Positions 7,427 to 12,518 of a stretch of 12,518 nt of DNA are shown one piece after another (position 1 is the stretch's first letter; each line of letters begins with the position of its first letter). Source of the DNA: Fidelibacterota bacterium (GTDB lineage: Bacteria > Fidelibacterota > Fidelibacteria > Fidelibacterales > Fidelibacteraceae); assembly GCA_034723415.1 (NCBI GenBank), contig JAYEOX010000110.1, forward strand, positions 1-12,518, in the 5' to 3' direction. Made by a program: the position numbers and the translations under genes. Below the pieces are notes generated by a model. The model was not told the DNA's origin, ran no database searches, and was given only the letters and a program-made list of their open reading frames with translations.

Positions 7427-8515
7427 TTATTTATTATGAGAAATATTTTTTAATTCTTCATCGATATAAGAAGCGATAAAATCACCGATTGAATCAGTGT
7501 TCATGCTGCCGTCGAAATCAATTGTGAGCCATTCATTTTCGAAAGCATGTAAAATTGCTTTTCTAATTAATTTTGCCGGAATTCTCATTCCAAGGAATTC
7601 ATAAATTATTCCCAAACTGTGTAAAGCACTAAAAGGCAAAACTCTATTTCTATCTGCGATTGTAGGCAATGGCCCATGTAACGGCTCTACCATGAACTTA
7701 TTTTCAGAATTTTTAAAAGCTGATAATGAGGTAAATCTTCCGTTAGTCAGATGTAAAAGCATCTCAGACAATACTTCACCTGTCACTCCCGGCGAAATAA
7801 TATTTTTGAATTTCTTTGGATTTTTAAAAAACATCGTAAGAAATTGCGGTAATTCTAATATTTCGCCATGTAATTTATCATTATCATTGATCAGCTCATT
7901 AAAAACCCGTTCCCATAAAAAGCTGCTATTTGGAAATAATTTTTCTCGTTGAATTAAAAATACAGTTTCGCCATTATTATCAATAATAAAATTGAAAATA
8001 TCCGATAAAATATTTTTTACATTAACATAGGAATAAACAACAGTATCTGATGATATTTCACTTGTGCTGCTTTTTCTTTTTCTTGCCCCGCTTAAATTAT
8101 AAAAATAATTCATACTTTCACGAAAGAATGTAATGTTGATTTCATTCGCTTGTATTCCCTTTAAAGGGGCCAATGATTTATCAAAGAGAATAATTGGTTT
8201 AATGTTAATTGATAGATCAAGTGTCTCAAAAATACTCTGATGTATTTCAGAAATATACTTTTGTGAATAAACTGTAGGATCGCCAAGTGCTCCAATGAAA
8301 ACTCCGCGATATTCATTTTGCAATCGCTTTAAAAAGTCATTTGTTAATGCCTTTCCGTATTTAATGAAATTTTTTCCACCAAAAGGGAATACCTCAAAAG
8401 TAACTTGTTTTTTAAAATGTTCGTTAAATACAGCCGCAATCTTTAACAATTCATCTGTTATCTCTTTTCCTACGCCATCGCCCGGAATACATGCAACTTT
8501 CATATTCTCACTCAA
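7427..8515 (-). CDS. Isocitrate/isopropylmalate dehydrogenase family protein, highly divergent (probable pseudoenzyme or altered activity)
   Basis: 362 aa. Fold markers IPGDGVGKEI, FIGALGDP, LDLSINIKP, FFRES..Y, NPKKF, EPLHG, TIDFDGSMNT..IGD. Most catalytic residues are substituted (see findings). Start is TTG 8515 or ATG 8503. Confidence 0.85.
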   Translation of the reverse strand: MSENMKVACIPGDGVGKEITDELLKIAAVFNEHFKKQVTFEVFPFGGKNFIKYGKALTNDFLKRLQNEYRGVFIGALGDPTVYSQKYISEIHQSIFETLDLSINIKPIILFDKSLAPLKGIQANEINITFFRESMNYFYNLSGARKRKSSTSEISSDTVVYSYVNVKNILSDIFNFIIDNNGETVFLIQREKLFPNSSFLWERVFNELINDNDKLHGEILELPQFLTMFFKNPKKFKNIISPGVTGEVLSEMLLHLTNGRFTSLSAFKNSENKFMVEPLHGPLPTIADRNRVLPFSALHSLGIIYEFLGMRIPAKLIRKAILHAFENEWLTIDFDGSMNTDSIGDFIASYIDEELKNISHNK

Positions 8516-8528
8516 TAAAAAATTTTAA

Positions 8529-9752
8529 TTAATACGAAAAATCAAATAATGGTTGAGATAGTTGATAAGAACCGAAACCTGTATAATCAACAAACACAAA
8601 ACTTCGATTAATTCTGTGATAATACCAGATAATATATGGCTTACTATCCATTTCGAAACTATGATCTTCGATATCATCAGGGTGGCCGAAAATCGTTAAA
8701 ACCATACCCCTGTCTGTTTTCCAACCATTATTATGACTGGAAAATGACTGGTTTGCTAAATTAATTCTTTGATAATATTCGTTCATTATTTCATTTTCTT
8801 TTGTTTTTGGGGTGGGATCAATTGATTCCCAAAATGTTAAATATAACTTTCGTTTTTTGTCATCTTTTGCATTATTTATTTCTTTATACTCTTTTCTGGA
8901 AATAAAATTAGTCATTATCAAATATCTCATTTGTTTAATAGCATCGTCAAGGTTTGTAATTGTGGGTGACAGGTTCTCGTAACTTACTTGAAATTCAACA
9001 GAACGGGAAAATGTGATATCGTTTATTTTTGTGATTAATTTCATCTTATATTTTGAATGTTTGAATTTTTTGATATCTACTTTTATTACATATTCTTTTC
9101 TTTCTTTGACCAAATTGATCCGATAAATTCCTTTTTTAATTGGTTTCTCCTTCCCGGCTTGATATATGTAATATTTAAATTGTTGTTTACCCGTTTTTCC
9201 AAGAGCGGTAAATGCTACATAAATTTCATCTTTGTTTGCCTGTTCCATATTGTCAGATTGGGATTTATCATATAAATATAATTCGCTCTGCACCCATAAG
9301 TCCGTTTTTAAAATAGTCATATCAACTTTCTTTTCTTTTTTCCAAATGTTCTGTGTAGCAAGATCGGTAATGACTACTGTAACCGTATATTTTTCCGGCA
9401 ACAAACTAAATTGTTCATTAATGGTTATGTTCTGAGAAGTGGCTTTTGTCAATTCAAAATTGTTAAGATCTACTGTTTTAATCCAATTTTTACCTATGAT
9501 GCGTTTGTTATTTTGGCTTATATTAATAGATATGTCAAATTTGTTTCTATAGATATTATCTTTTTTAATAAACAATAAATCCTTATTAGGAACAACTACT
9601 TTTACTTCCATAATTCCTTTTTTAATTGAATTACCCGGCTTAACATAACAATGCAGATTAAATTTAGGGACATCTTTTTTTTCCATATCAAAAATAAAAC
9701 CATTAAGGAGAGAAGACACAATAATAATTATTAATAATATTTTATATTTCAT
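8529..9752 (-). CDS. GWxTD domain-containing exported protein
   Basis: 407 aa. N-terminal signal-peptide-like MKYKILLIIIIVSSLLNG, beta-rich middle region, C-terminal FWESIDPTP..ENE..EYYQRINLAN..F...GWKTDRG..LTIFGHPD (GWKTD at 8712-8726) and WYY...FVFVD..GFG.Y.L. Confidence 0.92.
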   Translation of the reverse strand: MKYKILLIIIIVSSLLNGFIFDMEKKDVPKFNLHCYVKPGNSIKKGIMEVKVVVPNKDLLFIKKDNIYRNKFDISINISQNNKRIIGKNWIKTVDLNNFELTKATSQNITINEQFSLLPEKYTVTVVITDLATQNIWKKEKKVDMTILKTDLWVQSELYLYDKSQSDNMEQANKDEIYVAFTALGKTGKQQFKYYIYQAGKEKPIKKGIYRINLVKERKEYVIKVDIKKFKHSKYKMKLITKINDITFSRSVEFQVSYENLSPTITNLDDAIKQMRYLIMTNFISRKEYKEINNAKDDKKRKLYLTFWESIDPTPKTKENEIMNEYYQRINLANQSFSSHNNGWKTDRGMVLTIFGHPDDIEDHSFEMDSKPYIIWYYHRINRSFVFVDYTGFGSYQLSQPLFDFSY

Positions 9753-9806
9753 CTTAAAGATCCGTTTTTTTTGTTATAATAGTTGTTCTATTAATTTAAA
9801 GTTTTC

Positions 9807-10808
9807 TTATAATTCATTTGAAATATGATGTTTAATTGTGTTTTTCAAATCGTTGAATTTGATCGGGACAACTCCGATGTATTCGCATACTTTCCCGGCA
9901 GCAATATTTGCAATTACAGTGCTTTGTGCTAATGAATAACCGGCTGTGTAAAAAAGAGCCAATGTGCTGATAACCGTGTCACCGGCTCCCGAAACATCGT
10001 GAACTTTTCTAGCTCTTGTTTGAATTGTCAAATATTGGTCATTATCTGATAAAAGCAGCATTCCTTCTTCACCCAAAGTGATCAAAATATTTTTACAGTG
10101 CAATTTATCCCTGATCATTTTTGCACTATTTTCAACATTTTCAATGCTATTTAGAGAAACCCCTAATTTTTTCTCCGCCTCTTTCTTGTTTGGTTTAAAT
10201 AAAAATACATCTTTGTAGGCGAAAAAATTATCAAATTTCGGATCTACGAATATGAGTTTAGAATTTTTATTTGATATTTTAACTATTTTTTGAATTAAAT
10301 TTTCTGTTAACAATCCCTTATTATAATCTTGAAGAATAATAACATCAATTTCATTAATTACTTTTTTTAAATTAAGCAATATCTCATCTTCTTCAGAATT
10401 GGTAATTTGTAATTTTTCCTCTTTGTCAATTCTCACTATCTGTTGATCATCTGCAATAATTCTCGTTTTTGTTGTGGTGGGGCGAGAATCGCTTACAATT
10501 ATTTGATCGGCGTTAATTTTATTTTCATTAAATAATCTGTTCATTGTCTCGCCGGCTCTATCATTTCCAACCATTCCGATAACCGAACATTTGGCGCCCA
10601 AAGAGATAATATTTTGGCACACATTTGCAGCACCGCCTAAGCGTTCAAAAGAATTTGTTATATTGACAATTGGAACCGGAGCTTCCGGTGAAATACGATT
10701 TACATTTCCGGATTGATAAACATCAAGCATTAGATCGCCTATTACCAGAACATGAAATTTTTTCAAATCATTTGAATTTAATTTAATATTTTGAAGTAAT
10801 TTAATCAA
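9807..10808 (-). CDS. rfaE1: D-glycero-beta-D-manno-heptose-7-phosphate kinase (RfaE domain I / HldA), PfkB family
   Basis: 333 aa. VLVIGDLMLD.Y, RISPEAPVP, LGGAANV, RPTTTKTRI, QQIVRID, DYNKG, VDPK, KPNKKEA, DVSGAGDTV. No adenylyltransferase domain. The TTG start overlaps the gpmI stop (TTGATTAA, 10801-10808). Confidence 0.94.
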   Translation of the reverse strand: MIKLLQNIKLNSNDLKKFHVLVIGDLMLDVYQSGNVNRISPEAPVPIVNITNSFERLGGAANVCQNIISLGAKCSVIGMVGNDRAGETMNRLFNENKINADQIIVSDSRPTTTKTRIIADDQQIVRIDKEEKLQITNSEEDEILLNLKKVINEIDVIILQDYNKGLLTENLIQKIVKISNKNSKLIFVDPKFDNFFAYKDVFLFKPNKKEAEKKLGVSLNSIENVENSAKMIRDKLHCKNILITLGEEGMLLLSDNDQYLTIQTRARKVHDVSGAGDTVISTLALFYTAGYSLAQSTVIANIAAGKVCEYIGVVPIKFNDLKNTIKHHISNEL

Positions 10809-12330
10809 TTATTGAATTTCCTTTCATTTCTTCCGGTTTATTAATATCTAATATCTTTAACATTGTTGGAGCAATATCTGCTAATTTGCCCTTTTCTTTC
10901 AATTTAATTTCTTTCTTTTTTGAATTTATTACAATAAATGGCACCGGATTTAATGTGTGCTGAGTGTGTGGTTGATCGTTATCATAATCCCACATTTCTT
11001 CAGAATTTCCATGATCGGCGGTAATAAAAATTGTGCCATTTTTAACCAAAAATAAATCAACGATTTTGCCAATATGTTTGTCTAAATTTTCCAATGCTTT
11101 AATTGCTGCTTTTAAAACCCCCGTATGGCCAACCATGTCCCCGTTTGCAAAATTAAGTATAAACACATCGTGTTTATCTTCTTTTATCGCATCAAGTAAT
11201 TTATCGGTTACAATAGAGGCATTCATTTCGGGTTGCAGATCATAAGTTGCTACTTTTGGCGAAGGGATTAAAACATGAGATTCTCCCTCGATCTCTTTCT
11301 CGACTCCACCATTGAAAAAATAAGTAACATGAGCATATTTTTCCGTTTCGGCGATCCTTAATTGAGTTAATCCTGCTTTACTAATAACCTCACCAAAAAT
11401 ATTCTTTAACTTTTCTTTTTCAAATAGAACCGGGAATGGAAAATTGTCTTGATATTTGGTCATTGTTACATATTTCAAATTTAATTTCTTACGCTCAAAT
11501 TTATTAAAGTTATCAAAGTTAAAAGCCTGTGCAATTTCTCTCATTCTATCAGCACGAAAATTAAACATCAATACCGCATCACCATCTTCGATAAGACCTT
11601 GATCATTCATATTTTCTATTTTTATCGGTTTCATAAATTCGTCAGTGATATTGTCGTTGTACATTTCTTTTATCGTCTTTAAAGGATTTGTTGTTTTGAT
11701 CGCATTTCCTTCTGTTAAAGCCCTATATGCAATTTCTATTCGTTCCCACCTGTTGTCTCTGTCCATCGTATAAAATCTACCGATTATTGTTGATAATTTC
11801 CCGATTTTTTCTTTTGCCATAAAGTCAATTATATTTTTTAAATATTTTTTCCCGCTGTTTGGAGGTGTATCTCGCCCATCGGTTATAGCATGTAAATAAA
11901 CATTTTTAATACTATTTTGTTTCAATATTAACAAAATTTTCTTTAAATGTTCATAATCTGAATGAACTCCTGCATCGGATAGCAAACCCATTAAATGAAT
12001 TGGTTTGTCATTTTCCTTAAGATATTTTAATAAGTTTAAAAAAGTTGGGATTTTTTCGAATTCGCCACTATCTAAAGATTCTTTTATTCGAACTAAATTC
12101 TGTTTAACTATTCTTCCTGCACCAATATTTAAATGTCCAACCTCTGAATTTCCCATTATTCCCGAAGGCAACCCAACAGCATTTCCATGTGCTTTTAAAG
12201 AAGTCCATGGATAATTTTTAAAATATGAATCTAAATGTGGTGTATTAGCTAATTTTAAAGCGTTGTATTCTTTTTCATCTCTTAATCCAACACCATCTAA
12301 GATCATTAATAGTAGTTTGTTTTTTTGCAA
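10801..12330 (-). CDS. gpmI: 2,3-bisphosphoglycerate-independent phosphoglycerate mutase
   Basis: 509 aa. ILDGVG, MGNSEVGH (phospho-Ser), GVHS, DGRDTPP, MDRDNRWER, NFRADR, AETEKYAHVTYFFNGG, NFANGDMVGHTG, TADHGN, HTQHT, LADIAPT. TTG start with AAAAGGAG RBS at 12336-12343. Confidence 0.97.
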   Translation of the reverse strand: MQKNKLLLMILDGVGLRDEKEYNALKLANTPHLDSYFKNYPWTSLKAHGNAVGLPSGIMGNSEVGHLNIGAGRIVKQNLVRIKESLDSGEFEKIPTFLNLLKYLKENDKPIHLMGLLSDAGVHSDYEHLKKILLILKQNSIKNVYLHAITDGRDTPPNSGKKYLKNIIDFMAKEKIGKLSTIIGRFYTMDRDNRWERIEIAYRALTEGNAIKTTNPLKTIKEMYNDNITDEFMKPIKIENMNDQGLIEDGDAVLMFNFRADRMREIAQAFNFDNFNKFERKKLNLKYVTMTKYQDNFPFPVLFEKEKLKNIFGEVISKAGLTQLRIAETEKYAHVTYFFNGGVEKEIEGESHVLIPSPKVATYDLQPEMNASIVTDKLLDAIKEDKHDVFILNFANGDMVGHTGVLKAAIKALENLDKHIGKIVDLFLVKNGTIFITADHGNSEEMWDYDNDQPHTQHTLNPVPFIVINSKKKEIKLKEKGKLADIAPTMLKILDINKPEEMKGNSIID

Positions 12331-12389
12331 TGTAACTCCTTTTATAATTTATTTGCTTACTATATTTCATTCTATTGTTATTTCCTTAT

Positions 12390-12419
12390 AAAATAACTTA
12401 TTTATTGGTAAATAGTCAA
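12390..12419 (-). promoter_or_regulatory. Candidate sigma70-type promoter for the gpmI operon (TTGACT-N18-TATTTT)
   Basis: -35 TTGACT at 12414-12419 (5/6 consensus), 18-nt spacer, -10 TATTTT at 12390-12395, about 60 nt upstream of the gpmI start. Confidence 0.4.
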
Positions 12420-12518
12420 GTGTTTTATAGTTTAATAAATTGAACCCTTGGAAAATTTTTGTGTAAATAATTTTTTTATTAATTTAAAAATACATGAGTT
12501 TGATGGAGTAAAACAACC

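Noticed and set aside
7427..8515. Calling the gene leuB or icd
   Set aside because: Catalytic Lys, metal-binding Asp residues and two substrate Arg residues are substituted, and there is no leu or TCA gene context.
8733..8751. Direct repeat ATGACTGG x2 inside the GWxTD gene
   Set aside because: Only 8 bp, two copies, out of codon phase with each other; consistent with chance.
2300..12214. Short opposite-strand ORFs in the track (2300-2512, 2622-2831, 3554-3862, 4621-4821, 5005-5265, 6001-6204, 6143-6337, 6201-6500, 7692-7952, 8295-8528, 9057-9275, 9232-9435, 11033-11245, 12005-12214)
   Set aside because: All lie antisense to well-supported genes, are mostly F/I/S/L-rich as expected for shadow frames of AT-rich genes, and show no recognisable motifs.
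12494..12518. Plus-strand gene starting at the right edge
   Set aside because: ATG 12494 closes after five codons (MSLME). GGAG at 12505-12508 may be the RBS of a gene beyond the window, but this cannot be verified.
1..12518. CRISPR arrays, tRNA/rRNA, riboswitches (purine, Moco, PyrR), IS elements
   Set aside because: Intergenic gaps are short and AT-rich; I saw no repeat-spacer periodicity, cloverleaf, riboswitch consensus or transposase ORF. A covariance-model search (Rfam/Infernal) would be needed to exclude them formally.

Overview
AT-rich (visibly low-GC) bacterial chromosomal window with ten supportable CDSs and no rRNA, tRNA, CRISPR or transposase that I can see. Left block (minus strand): a small DUF2082-type Zn-ribbon gene, then a three-gene xanthine-dehydrogenase-family molybdo-flavoenzyme (FAD subunit, 2x[2Fe-2S] subunit, XdhD/YgfN-like Mo subunit), a perfect 24-bp palindrome/terminator, and a fused aspartate carbamoyltransferase pyrB-pyrI gene. 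Middle (plus strand): rlmD. Right block (minus strand, probable operon): gpmI, stand-alone heptose-7-phosphate kinase rfaE1/hldA, an exported GWxTD-domain protein and a strongly degenerate isocitrate/isopropylmalate-dehydrogenase-family protein that has lost most catalytic, metal and NAD ligands. Gene content (ADP-heptose kinase, GWxTD, PyrBI fusion, Shine-Dalgarno-led starts) suggests a diderm, probably anaerobic organism, perhaps an FCB-group candidate phylum (inference only). Best leads: the probable IPMDH-fold pseudoenzyme next to the GWxTD protein, the orphan XdhD-like enzyme lacking the xanthine-binding Glu/Arg, and an unannotated 23-codon ORF with a strong RBS in front of the Mo-enzyme operon. 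All homology calls come from recalled motifs, not from database searches.
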